The position numbers were made by a program, and so were the translations under genes. The notes under the pieces were generated by a model. It saw only the letters and a program-made list of their open reading frames with translations. It searched no databases and was not told the DNA's origin. This document shows, piece after piece, positions 29,275-40,159 of a stretch of 64,000 nt of DNA (positions are counted from its first letter, which is position 1; each line of letters starts with the position of its first letter). The stretch comes from an uncultured Chloroflexia bacterium (GTDB lineage: Bacteria; Chloroflexota; Anaerolineae; CG2-30-64-16), in contig CAVZDU010000002.1 of the NCBI GenBank assembly GCA_963774265.1, positions 608,001-672,000 of the forward strand, given 5' to 3'.

Positions 29275-30123
29275 TCAAGAGCCGAGGGCAGCCACCCGAA
29301 AACCGCGGCCGACATTCCGACAGTCCGCATAGAACCCGTAGCGGCAGGCGCAGCGCACGCCCTGAGCGTCGATCATGAACGATCCGCCGCGCGCGACGCG
29401 CGCTATTGTATCCGGCGCGGTTGAGTTCTCTCGTCCATCGCCAATATCGTATGGGTAGCCAAAGTCGGGTTTGCTCTTATCCTTCCCCCACAGGCTGCTG
29501 GTCCACTCCCACACGTTGCCCACAATGTCGAGAAGACCATACGGGCTCTTACCATCGGGATAACGGCCCACCGGCGTCGTATCCCCGACGCTCAGATCGA
29601 AGTTACACAGATCGGTGCTCGGCTCCTGGTTCCCCCACGGCCAGACGCGGCCTTCTGGCCCACGCGCAGCCTTCTCCCACTCGGCCTCGTTCGGCAGCCG
29701 CACACCCGCCCAACGACAAAACACCATCGCATCAAGCCATGAAACGCAGGTAACAGGGTGATCCTCTCTACCCATCCCATCGCTTTCTGGCCCACGTGGG
29801 TGTGCCCAATCGGCGCCCCTGAGGTGCTGCCACTCCGAGCCGGTCCAACTCCACACCCAACCTACTCTTTCGGCGGTTGTACGGTAATCCGGGTTGGCAG
29901 CTATAAACGCGGCGAACTGGACCAGTGTAACTGGTACACGGGCGATGCGGTAGTCGGGCAGATACATTGTATGCTGCGGCATCTCATCGTCGTAGGCCAG
30001 GCCGTCCTTCGCCTTGTCGCTGCCCATCAGGAAGTCGCCGGCGGGGATGGTGATCCAATCAAAGTCAATCGGCCCGCGCCTCAACGCAGGAGGCGCCGCC
30101 TCTTGTGTGTCGGGAGCGTTCAT
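29275..30123 (-). CDS. FGE-sulfatase (SUMF1) domain protein lacking the catalytic CxxxxC
   Basis: IPAGDFLMGS, HPVTCVSW, RLPNEAEWEKAARG, GNVWEW, RGGS, GFR. Confidence 0.88.
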   Translation of the reverse strand: MNAPDTQEAAPPALRRGPIDFDWITIPAGDFLMGSDKAKDGLAYDDEMPQHTMYLPDYRIARVPVTLVQFAAFIAANPDYRTTAERVGWVWSWTGSEWQHLRGADWAHPRGPESDGMGREDHPVTCVSWLDAMVFCRWAGVRLPNEAEWEKAARGPEGRVWPWGNQEPSTDLCNFDLSVGDTTPVGRYPDGKSPYGLLDIVGNVWEWTSSLWGKDKSKPDFGYPYDIGDGRENSTAPDTIARVARGGSFMIDAQGVRCACRYGFYADCRNVGRGFRVAALGS

Positions 30124-31260
30124 GCCTTCATCCTCCGATTCGGTGCTTGGCGACAACAGTTTACCATAGCCCCCGGGTCGGAGCACGATCTCGGACAAGG
30201 GAGTGGGGGGCAAAGCACGCGTTCAAGGCTGCCTTCACGGCCATATGTTGAAAAAGCGACATCTGACAACTCTAGCGCACAGCCTTCTGCGACGGGTTGC
30301 AAGATCGAGGCAATCTCGTTATAATCGGCGCGGTCAGGCAATGAGGCGAGGAAATGATGGTTGGCTGGTCTCACGCCTGTGATCCTGACGAGAGTCCAGG
30401 ATCTGGGGCACTTCTGCCATTGTCTCATGACCCGCGGTAGCGGGACAGCGCTTTTGTTCATGCAGACAAACCAGGCTGGGCCCCTCTCCTGGAGCTTCGG
30501 CCTTTCTCTTTCTTGCCCAGCACGGCATACGTTCATTGAAGCTGACTGTAAAGGCGACTCATGCCCACCCTGAACTGGATCGGAAAAGACGCGGTGGTCA
30601 ACTACGACCAGCAAGTCCCTTACCGCCTCTTGCGCTGCCACGCGAAGCTGTCGGTAGGCGATGCGATGGACGGCAACCTCCTTATCGAGGGCGACAACCT
30701 CCACGCGCTCAAGGCACTCCTGCCCTATTACGCAGGCAAGGTCAAATGCATCTACATTGATCCTCCATATAACACGGGCAACGAAGGCTGGGTGTACAAC
30801 GACGCAGTCAACGCACCGGAGACGAAGGCTTGGCTGGCGGACACGCTATCCGGCCAAGCGGTCAGGGTGGACGACCTGTCGCGCCACGACAAGTGGCTAT
30901 GCATGATGTATCCACGCTTGGTACTACTCTACCAGATGCTCCGCGAAGATGGAGCGATTTTCGTCAGCATTGATGACAACGAAGTGCAAGCGCTTCGCTA
31001 CGTCCTAGATGAGATTTTCGGGGCACAGAACTTCATCGCCACAGTGATCTGGCAAAAAATGGATAGTCCCAAGAACATGGCCAGACATCTGAGCGAGGAT
31101 CATGACTATGTCGTTATTTACGCAAAAAGGGGCGCCGAGTGGCGCCCAAACAAACTACCGCGTACAGAGGCCATGACTGCTCGCTATCAGAATCCCGATA
31201 ATGATCCGCGTGGACCCTGGCTGTTGAGCGATCTTGCCGCCCGGAATTTCTATACCCTAG

Positions 31261-32856
31261 CAGCCTGTCGGAGAGTTGCCACTGTGGGACAGGCTGAATC
31301 GTGATACACTGGTCGCATGACCAGAAAATTCAAGACGGTTGACTACGAAGCGGCTCTCGATCAGACGGTCAGTCTGCGAGAAGCGTTGCCGGCCAATCAT
31401 CTGGCTCGGTTCGTGGTAGAGTTGGTGGCCCAGCTCGGATTTAACCAACATCTACCAACGCTATGGAGCACACGGCGGCGAAGCCTATGCGCCGGAGATC
31501 CTGCTGGCGCTGTTGTTTTACGGCTACGCCACTGGCGTGTTCAGTTCCCGCAAGATCGAAAGGGCGACCTACGAGACGTTGCCTTTCCGGTTTGTAGCGG
31601 GCGGGCTGCATCCCGATCACGACACGCTGGCGAACTTTCGCAAGACGTTTCGGGTCGAGATCAAAGAGCTGTTCGTGCAAGTGCTGTTTCTGGCCCAGGC
31701 TACTGGCTACTTCAAGCTTGGCAACATCAGCATGGATGGCACCAAGGTGCATGCCAATGCTTCCAAGAGCAAGGCGATCAGCTTCAAACGGCTGCTGGAA
31801 CTGGAAGCCCACTTGCGGGCCGAAGTGGACCAGTTGTTCATCCTAGCTGAACAGGCGGACCGCCACGAACTGCCGGACGCCATGAATGTCGCCGACGAGA
31901 TCACTTTACGACAGGAACGTCTTGAGCGGTTGGCCGAGGCCAAGAAGGTGCTGCAAGCCCGGGCGCAGGAGCGACAGGCGGCCGAGCAGGCCGAGTACGA
32001 AGCCAAGCAACGTGAGCGCGAGGCGAAAGCCAAGCGCTCAGGACGCAAGCCGCCGGGACGGCCGCCAACGCCGCCGTCTGGCGAGCCGCAGGACAAGGAC
32101 CAGTACAACTTCACCGACCCTGAGTCGCGGATCATGAAGTGTTCCAGCAGCGCCGGGTTTGAGCAAGCCTACAACGCCCAGGTGGCAGTGGACCAGGATA
32201 GCTTGTTGATCGTCGCCTATAGCTTGTCCAACCACCCGAACGACAAAGCCGAGGCTGAACCAACTCTGGAAGCTCTGCCACCGGCCCTGGGCACGCCCGC
32301 AGCGGCGGCGCTGGACAACGGCTTCTGGAGCGAGAAGAATCTCGCTGCTCTGGAAAAGCGGCGCATCGAGCCTTACATCGCCACGGGCCGCGAGCCGCAT
32401 CACAAGAGTTGGCAAGAGCGCTTCACCGCCGAGCCCGAGCCGCCAGCGGAGGATGCCAGCCCGCAGGTCAAGATGGCCTACAGGCTGCGTACCGAGATCG
32501 GCCAGGCGATCTACCGCTTACGCAAATGCACCGTCGAGCCGGTGATTGGCATCATCAAAGCGGTGCTCGGCTTCCGCCAGTTCTCGTTACGCGGCCTCAA
32601 CGCCGCCGATAGCGAATGGGCCCTGGTCTGTTTGGCCTTTAACCTGAAGCGCATGCATACGTTGAGCTTGGCCTAACCGCGCCCAGTGCATGCTGGAGGC
32701 GGCTCGATGCAGCGCCGCCCGCCTGATTTTGGGATGTTAAGGATCATTTTCGATACTCGCCTGCCGGAGACCGTCACTACCAGCCGCTAACGTTAGCCCT
32801 TTGGGCTTACCGTACCGGCTGTTAGCCAGCCAATAACGCTCCTCTCCGACAGGCTG
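31261..32856 (+). mobile_element. IS1182-family insertion sequence
   Basis: Perfect 15-bp IRs CAGCCTGTCGGAGAG / CTCTCCGACAGGCTG, flanked by duplicated CTAG. Confidence 0.92.
31317..32676 (+). CDS. IS1182 DDE transposase (extra base near 31438)
   Basis: YGYATGVFSSRKIE, PDHDT, DGTKVHANAS, TDPESRIM, YNAQ, DNGF, VEPVIG. Confidence 0.9.
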
Positions 32857-33856
32857 CTAGGACGCTACCAGATCACCACACCAACTGGCCGCGTAATCGA
32901 AGGACCCCCTGCGGGAAGCTATTGGCGAGTAAGCAGGGAGCGATTCGATGAACTCGAACGAGACAACAGAATATGGTGGGGCAAGTCCGGGGGGAATCGG
33001 CCCGGGATCAAACGCTTTCTGTCGGAAGTCCAAGAAGGCGTGGTGCCACAAACGCTCTGGTTCTGGAAAGATGTGGGCAGTACACGAAACGCCAAGCAGG
33101 AGTTGAGTCGTTTGATGGAGGCCGGCGCCTCTCAGGATCTCTTCATCACTCCAAAACCAACCGGACTGATCCAGCGCATCCTGAAAATCGCCAGTAATCC
33201 CGGCGATCTCGTTCTTGATTCCTTTGCCGGCAGCGGTACCACCGGTCACGCTGTGCTTAAGCTAAGCGCGGAGGATGGTGGGAACCGGCGTTTCATCCTG
33301 GTTGAGATGGAGCCCAAGGTTGCCAGGCCGATCACCGCAGAACGGCTGCGACGCGTCATCGACGGTTTCGGCGACACACCGCGACCCGTCACCAGGCGCT
33401 CTGATAACTCAACAGCCAGTCCGCGGCTGGTGCCCTGAGCCAAAAGCCGGGAAGCGCCAAAAGCGAGGAACCCAGGTTCCCCGCACCCCTCCTGCCACGA
33501 CACGCGTCTCGGGAGGCCATATGCTCGTTATCAACACCGCAGGAGCGACAACCCATCGTCACCTACTACGCGGACCAGCTTGGCCGCGAACGCGTGGCCC
33601 ATCTTAGCCGCGATTTGACACCCGCCGCGCCGGACGCTGAAGCGCCGCTCATCGGCGAACACGACGGCGTCGCCTACTTCTTATTGTGGAACGGCACAAC
33701 CGCGGGCACGCTGGACGCGACCACGGTACGCGCCCTGTCAAAGCACAAGGGTCGCAAGGTGATCTACGCGGAGCTCTGCCGCGTCAGCCCGATGCGGCTG
33801 GAGAAGGCGGGGATCACTTACAAGCAGATCCCGTACAACATCCGGACGAGTTGACC

Positions 33857-36271
33857 ATGCTGGAACTCAAAAACTACCAACACGAGGCACTTCAGGAACT
33901 GCGGGACTATTTTCGGCTCGTCCTCCAGTATGGAGCCAAGCGCGCGTTCGTCATCCAGACCGAACGGCCCTATCGCTCAGTGGAAAAGCTGCCCGACCTG
34001 CCTTACGTCTGCTTGCGCATCCCCACCGGCGGCGGCAAAACGCTGATGGCCTGCCATGCAGTAGGCGCCACCCTGCAGGAATACATGCTGCAGGATCACG
34101 GTGTGGTGCTCTGGCTCGTCCCGACTAACACCATCAAGGAGCAAACGCTGGCTGCGTTGCGTAATCGGGAGCATCCTTACCGACAGGCGCTTGACGCCAC
34201 CCTGGATGGCCGGGCAACCGTCGTCGACTTAGCCGAGGCGCTGGAATTGCGCCGCGACGCTCTGGATAGCACTACGACGATCATCGTCTCTACCCTGGCG
34301 GCGCCGCGCGTCGAAGACACCGAGAGTCGTCGGCTCTACGAGCAGAACAGCGCGTTGATGCCTCATTTCGAGAACCTGCCGGAGGTCATCATAGCCGGGC
34401 TGGAGAAGTACGAGAGCGGCAAACCGGTCCCCTCGCTGGCGAACCTCCTTAGCTTACGGCGTCCACTGATCATCGTGGATGAGGCACACAACGCGCGCAC
34501 TCCTCTCTCGTTCGAGGCTTTGGCACGCTTCAACCCTGCCTGCATCCTGGAGTTTACGGCAACGCCGGCACAGCCGCCGGAACCTTTCCCAAGCAACGTT
34601 CTCTGCCACGTCTCCGCCTTTGAACTCAAGGCAGAGCACATGATCAAGCTGCCAATTCGCCTGGAAGTTCGCAATCAATGGAAAGAAGCGATCGCTGCAG
34701 CAGTGGCTAAGCGAAACGAGCTTTGGGAGTTGGCCCGGTCCGAACGCGCACTCAGTGGCGAGTACCTACGGCCGATCGTCTTGCTTCAGGCTCAGCCCAA
34801 GAGCAAGCATGGAGATCCGTTAACAGTGGACAAGGTACGCGCCTGCCTGATCGAGTTGGGGGTGCCAGCCGAACAAATCGCTGAGGAAACTGGCGAGGTG
34901 CGGGAAGTGAAGGCCTGGGAGGAGAAGACGAGGCGCACCTTATTTGATGAAAGCTGCCCGATATGCTTCATTATCACCGTGCAGGCGCTGCGCGAAGGAT
35001 GGGATTGTCCCTTCGCCTACGTCCTCTGTTCGGTTGCCGAACTGGGAACATCCACGGCAGTCGAACAGATCCTTGGCCGGGTACTGCGCATGCCTAAGGC
35101 AATGCGCAAGCAGCTTGAAGCCCTCAACCACGCCTACGCCTTTGTCACATCTCATCGTTTCGGAAGGGTCGCGGCTGCGATCGAGGGATTGACACAGGCG
35201 TTGCAGGCCAACGGTTTCAGTCGCTTTGAGGCGGAGCAGGAGATTGAAACGTTTCAGGCGCCGCTACTGCAACCACACGATGAGCCGCTCTTTGCTGCGA
35301 TAGCAGAACACTCTGAGACCCCGGCTGGACGCTGGGACAAGTTCACGGTGCCTCAGCTGGCTCTTTGGGTGCACGGCGAACTGGAGGTGGCTGACCCTGA
35401 GGATTTTCTCGACAGCGGGTGGACGCTGCGGGGCTGTGAAACGGCGCTGACCGAGGTGGAATTTCCCACGCAGAGCGGCGTGGATCGAGCCGTTGATGTG
35501 GATGTTGATGCGGCGGGCAAACTCACCGCGCACTGGGTTGCTGACTTGCAGCGCCAACTCAGCCTCCTGGCGCGAAATGAGGCGATGACGGCCGACGGCC
35601 TGGTCTTGTGGCTGGACAGGAACATACCGCATGGCAAGGTCAGCCAGGAAGACATGCAGCTCCATCTGCTAAGTGTGATTGAAAAACTGCGCCAAGATCG
35701 TGGCATGAGCTTGAGCCAGCTTTCCTCCGAACGGTATCGCTTGCGCGACGCGATCATCAAGAAGATCAGGCAATGCGAGCAGGCAGCAAAAAAAACAGGC
35801 TATCAGATTGCGCTATTCTCCGACAGCGCGCCAATTGAGGTAAGCGCGCGGCGCGTCTTCACCTTCGATCCAAACTACTATCCAGCAAACAGCTTCTATG
35901 AAGGGGCTTTCTCAAAGCATTACTATCGTGCGGTCGCGGCGATGAATGGTGAAGAAGCGAGTTGCGCAGCTATCATCGACTCACTGCCGAAGGTGAGATG
36001 GTGGGTGCGCAACCTGGAGCGACACCCTGAGCATGCGTTCTGGCTGCCTACGTCAACCGACCGGTTCTATCCCGATTTCGTGGCGCTCCTGGAAGACGGA
36101 CGGGTGCTGGTGGTCGAGTACAAAGGTGGAGCGCTGGTCACGACCGAGGACACCAGGGAAAAGGGTGCAATCGGGAAGCTCTGGGAGACGCGCAGCCAGG
36201 GACGTTGCATCTTCAGGTTGGTGTCGGTCGATGATTGTGAGGGGCAGTTGCTCTCTGTGGCGGGTTCGTGA
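33857..36271 (+). CDS. res: Type III R-M restriction subunit (Res; SF2 helicase plus PD-(D/E)xK nuclease)
   Basis: PTGGGKT, DEAH, TATP, EGWDCP, QILGRVLR, FYPDF...VEYKG; adjacent to mod. Confidence 0.88.
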   Translation: MLELKNYQHEALQELRDYFRLVLQYGAKRAFVIQTERPYRSVEKLPDLPYVCLRIPTGGGKTLMACHAVGATLQEYMLQDHGVVLWLVPTNTIKEQTLAALRNREHPYRQALDATLDGRATVVDLAEALELRRDALDSTTTIIVSTLAAPRVEDTESRRLYEQNSALMPHFENLPEVIIAGLEKYESGKPVPSLANLLSLRRPLIIVDEAHNARTPLSFEALARFNPACILEFTATPAQPPEPFPSNVLCHVSAFELKAEHMIKLPIRLEVRNQWKEAIAAAVAKRNELWELARSERALSGEYLRPIVLLQAQPKSKHGDPLTVDKVRACLIELGVPAEQIAEETGEVREVKAWEEKTRRTLFDESCPICFIITVQALREGWDCPFAYVLCSVAELGTSTAVEQILGRVLRMPKAMRKQLEALNHAYAFVTSHRFGRVAAAIEGLTQALQANGFSRFEAEQEIETFQAPLLQPHDEPLFAAIAEHSETPAGRWDKFTVPQLALWVHGELEVADPEDFLDSGWTLRGCETALTEVEFPTQSGVDRAVDVDVDAAGKLTAHWVADLQRQLSLLARNEAMTADGLVLWLDRNIPHGKVSQEDMQLHLLSVIEKLRQDRGMSLSQLSSERYRLRDAIIKKIRQCEQAAKKTGYQIALFSDSAPIEVSARRVFTFDPNYYPANSFYEGAFSKHYYRAVAAMNGEEASCAAIIDSLPKVRWWVRNLERHPEHAFWLPTSTDRFYPDFVALLEDGRVLVVEYKGGALVTTEDTREKGAIGKLWETRSQGRCIFRLVSVDDCEGQLLSVAGS

Positions 36272-36737
36272 TCGTGAAACCCATAAGCTCCTGTGAGCCG
36301 ATGTCATTAGGAGCTGAGCTCACACCAGCCAGTTTTTGACCAGATAAGATTTTCTCCCTTGCAGCAGCAGGATAGCTGACGCGAAGGGGTGACGCATCAC
36401 TATCACTTAGTGAGGATGGGGTTGTAGAGACTATACTACACGGCGGGTATCCTCCTGCTACAGTGTTGACCGCTGAGCATGTGCGTCGGTCGTGCCAACC
36501 TATTGCCCCTTACCCAATCCCCAGCCCAGGCCTCACCTTGGGCACGGCACCCGTGTAACCGACCGCGAGCTGCGTGCCGGCCTGGATGCCGAAGCCTCAC
36601 AGGATGGCGATGATGCAGTGGACGTGCTTCAGACGAGCGATGTGCATGGGGCATACCTCCCTCGATCGGTCTACCCAATCTCATGAGACTGCGCAACTAC
36701 GGCCCACGGCTACAGGACGTTGCCTTCTCACTGGTGG

Positions 36738-38135
36738 TTACTCTGCACAGGTGGTTCCCTTTCGGCCATCTTCTCGGAACGAAATCTCAGGCGTCTTCGA
36801 CAAGACCGTCAACCCTCTCGATCCGCGTGTGACGGCAACATAGAAGTTCTCTCTGTTTTCCAGTTTATCAGCGTTGAGAACAATCGCATAGTCGAATTCA
36901 AGTCCTTTGATGAGCGGTGTCCGCGAGACAAGGCATCTTTCGAGTTTGCGGCCATTGACGCGCGTGCTGCCTCTGGCCGCATAAGCAGCTTCCTCTAAGG
37001 AAGCGTGTTTTCCTGTGGCAAGTTCCTGTGCTGCCCTTCTCATTTCAGTAAGGAGCTCACGACGATAGACCTGTGCGCCCGGATCGCCTATGATCAGGTC
37101 CATAATGCCCACAGTAGCTAGGATATTGCCCCCTTCCAAGTCGCCGAAGGCGTTCTGTAACGATTGGTTATTTGTGAATGGAATCGGGTTTGCACACCCC
37201 CTAAGGATCAGATTCTTGATGCAAGACGCGATGGCGCGGTAGTTCTGGCCATGACCGTCGATTTTTCGGGTTACCTCCATCAGGTACTTGCAGTCCATCT
37301 CCTCCATGGATTGAAATCTTCCACCTATTCTTCGCGCTGTATCGTGAGCATCTTCCGGCCACTGGTGAATTGCGGCAATTGTGCCGCTTCGTCTGGCGTT
37401 CGCACTCAGACAAACCTTCTGTTCGCCCTCTTCCGACCAGGAATACCACTGAATTTCTGAGTAAGACCCTAGGTTGATTTTTTCGTGAGCCAGTAGTCTA
37501 CTCCGAATTTCTGCCAGCTGGTCTCCCAGCGTTGGGTTTGTTGTCATCCAGCGATAGGGATCTGCTAAATCTGGCAACGCACGAAAGTCCTCTTGCACGA
37601 TAGTCGGCCACTCGACAAGTGGATCGTCCTGAAACCCGAATATTCCTTGCAAGGGATCACCCAGCACGCGGACTGGTAGGAATTCGCTCAGAGTCGAGAT
37701 GACCTTGTGTTGTTCTTGGGTGCAGTCCTGATATTCATCCACAAAAACGCCTGTATAACTTGCTAACAGAACATCTCGGATAAAACGATAACCAAACAGG
37801 GCTTGAGCAGCGTGATACACCTTTTTCCAATCGTCACCTTGTGGACGAGGGTTCAGCAGGCCTGACATCGACGAATAGGCAGATACATATTTCAGAAGCC
37901 AACTGGCGATAGTCTCCACCCGATACTTCGATTCTGATACTCCGTTCTTTCGAAGGCGAGACCGCAATGCGGCAACTCCAGCGTTGGTGTGAGTTAGAAT
38001 TAATTGTTTGCCTTCGGCCAAAGCAACTGCTCGGACAATCGTTTCGGTTTTTCCGCAACCCGCTGCGGCCGTCACACACACTGGTTCTTTTGCATCTGCC
38101 AGTGTTTTCACTACCTCATCGAATCGATCATTCAT
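36738..38135 (-). CDS. UvrD/SF1 helicase-like protein (Gabija GajB-like)
   Basis: AAAGCGKT, LTHTNAG, DEYQD, GDPLQGIF, KGLEFD, YVAVTRG; overlaps the stop of the upstream OLD nuclease. Confidence 0.8.
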   Translation of the reverse strand: MNDRFDEVVKTLADAKEPVCVTAAAGCGKTETIVRAVALAEGKQLILTHTNAGVAALRSRLRKNGVSESKYRVETIASWLLKYVSAYSSMSGLLNPRPQGDDWKKVYHAAQALFGYRFIRDVLLASYTGVFVDEYQDCTQEQHKVISTLSEFLPVRVLGDPLQGIFGFQDDPLVEWPTIVQEDFRALPDLADPYRWMTTNPTLGDQLAEIRSRLLAHEKINLGSYSEIQWYSWSEEGEQKVCLSANARRSGTIAAIHQWPEDAHDTARRIGGRFQSMEEMDCKYLMEVTRKIDGHGQNYRAIASCIKNLILRGCANPIPFTNNQSLQNAFGDLEGGNILATVGIMDLIIGDPGAQVYRRELLTEMRRAAQELATGKHASLEEAAYAARGSTRVNGRKLERCLVSRTPLIKGLEFDYAIVLNADKLENRENFYVAVTRGSRGLTVLSKTPEISFREDGRKGTTCAE

Positions 38136-39908
38136 AGCACCATTTTTCCAGAGTGAGCAAGGTAGGTATGGTGGGGGTCGCCTGCATTTGGTCCAGGTAA
38201 CAGGCAAGCATTTTACCTAACGCTATGCCTTTATCCATGCGCTTGAACCAGGCGGCATCCTTATGCTTAGCAGCCTCACCAAACGCCTCGCGCACGGCCA
38301 CCTCGGTTGACTGCGCGATCAATGCCTTGAGATCGCGGGTTAGTTCTATCTTGAATCCTCTTGCCTTTAATACACAGTAGATACCTCTGCCAAACGTCAT
38401 CGGGTTTCTTCTCCTTTTCTTCCAACTTGATCGCGATCTCAATCAGCTCTACTAGTCCGTCAACTGGCAAATCGCGGCACAGGCGTTCTTCTGTAGCCAG
38501 ACCCGTCTCACTATCTGGTAGCCACAAGACGACTTTGATGCCAGCTTTCTCCATTTCATCAACGGACGGGTTCAGCTTTTCGACTTTGTCGGAATCACCG
38601 AGAAAGGCAACTCTATAGCCGAGTTTTGTCATTGCAAGTGCAAGCTTCGGAGACTCATCTCCACCACCACGAGGATCTTCAATGGGTGCCACGCCTGCCT
38701 CGGCCATAGTCCTGTATCGGAAGTCCAAGGGACTGTCACGGTGTTTACGACACCAGTACTCGGTATCCAGGCCTACGAGTAATCCTGCTTCAGTTTTTCC
38801 TTCACAAACGACAACCTTCCTCGCAAGAAAGGCTTCGGGTATCTTCCGCACAACGTCCTGTAGCTCCTGATCAACACTCGTAACGGTTGTGATTCCATTT
38901 TCGGAACGCACCGCGTACAATTCGTTTGCTGCACATTCAACCACCGCAATCGGCGAATGGGTGCTGAAGATCACCTGATGTCTATCGCCTGGTTTGGGAC
39001 GCAACTGACGGATCAGATGCCGAAGACGATATGGCTCAAGGCTGTTTTCGATTTCGTCAACAAGAATTACCGCGCCTTCTTTGACCGAAGCCTTGTGTAT
39101 GGCCATCGTCATCAAACGGCGGCTACCTGCACCGCGCAAAGATAAGGGCAAATTTCCATCGAACAACGCAAGCGCTCCCTGACGCAAACTGACGCGCATC
39201 GGATCCATGCTTGCGGCGAAATTCGGTTTGTGCGCCAATACCCACTGTTTGGGCCGCCTCGGTCACGCCCTGAATAGCTTGCGATAGAGCGCTGAAGTCC
39301 ATGTCTTCAAGGGCCTTCAGGATGCCGCGCTCGGCCTCAGCCAGCATGGTCGGTATTCTTGAAATGTCATCTTTGTGAGTCAGGCGGCTCAAAGCAGAGT
39401 TGCGTCCCCAGGCTAAGTCAGAATCAGTGTAGTTCCCGATTTTCGCCACACCAAACAAGCGACGATCTGCGGCTGTGATCGACTGTGGTTCTTTGCCATT
39501 TTCCTGGGGTGAGACAATCGTCCACCTTGGTTCCAGGTCCTGAGCTATTTCCAGGCGGATCTTTAGCGCCGCCTGGAAGTCATCGTCCTTCTGCTCCTCA
39601 CAGAGCTCGCCATCGCGCGGGTTCCAGAAGCCAAGATACAGGCCGAACTTATCCTCTGAAATCAAGACGTCAGGCAGCTCAGTAACTACACCGGCAATCT
39701 CTATCGGCACCTGCACGTTCATCTGGTAGAAATCAACATCACTAACCGATAGACTCCAGCTTCCAGAAAACAGATACTCTATGGCGAGCAAGATGGTACT
39801 CTTGGTCGAATCGCCTGGACCAATCAAGCCAATCATGTCGCCGGTCAGTTTCCATTCCATTTCACTAATGCCGCGGAAGTTTTTGATGGTTAGATTACGC
39901 AATTTCAT
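38128..39908 (-). CDS. OLD-family ATP-dependent endonuclease (ABC ATPase plus TOPRIM; Gabija GajA-like), two frameshifts
   Basis: IKNFRGI, GPGDSTKST, GAGSRRL, DEIENSLEP, STHSP, VCEGKTE, GDSD. Confidence 0.82.
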
Positions 39909-39979
39909 GCCAGTATGTCTCCAGAAGAGTCAACAAGTTGGATAAGGGACCATCGCGGAAGTTGTATCCTACTGGACCT

Positions 39980-40042
39980 CTACAACTCGCCGCGAAAGGC
40001 CTGACGCAGCATCGCCTGTTCCACTTCGTTGAGTTGGGCGAT
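39980..40042 (-). pseudogene. C-terminal remnant of a type I R-M specificity subunit (HsdS)
   Basis: Manual translation IAQLNEVEQAMLRQAFRGEL*; AFRGEL-stop is a characteristic HsdS ending; no upstream gene body. Confidence 0.55.
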
Positions 40043-40159
40043 CAGAAAAAGTCCTAGTACATCGTAGGAAGCATGTCGCCAGGCCCTAAGTCGTGCTGGA
40101 CGGGCCTGTGCAGAGACGCGCTCCTGGCATCCTCCGCAGGCGATCGCGGAGGTCAGCGT

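Larger units (their letters stand above)
30561..33854 (+). pseudogene. mod: Type III R-M methyltransferase (Mod), split by IS1182 and disrupted again at about 33380-33620
   Basis: MPTLNWIGK, IDPPYNTG, TPKP, DSFAGSGTTG, C-terminal YKQIPY; removing the IS restores NFYTLGRYQITTPTG in frame. Confidence 0.88.

Noticed and set aside
29275-30123. Bona fide formylglycine-generating enzyme
   Set aside because: Lacks the CxxxxC copper motif after RGGS
28540-31440. Programmed ribosomal frameshifts in the IS256 and IS1182 transposases
   Set aside because: No slippery heptamers; these families use single ORFs, and similar indels affect non-mobile genes
36510-36650. Minus-strand mini-ORF MHIARLKHVHCIIAIL*GFGIQAG... 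with an in-frame TGA (selenocysteine or readthrough?)
   Set aside because: No redox motif, no clear SECIS hairpin and no recognisable family; at most a remnant
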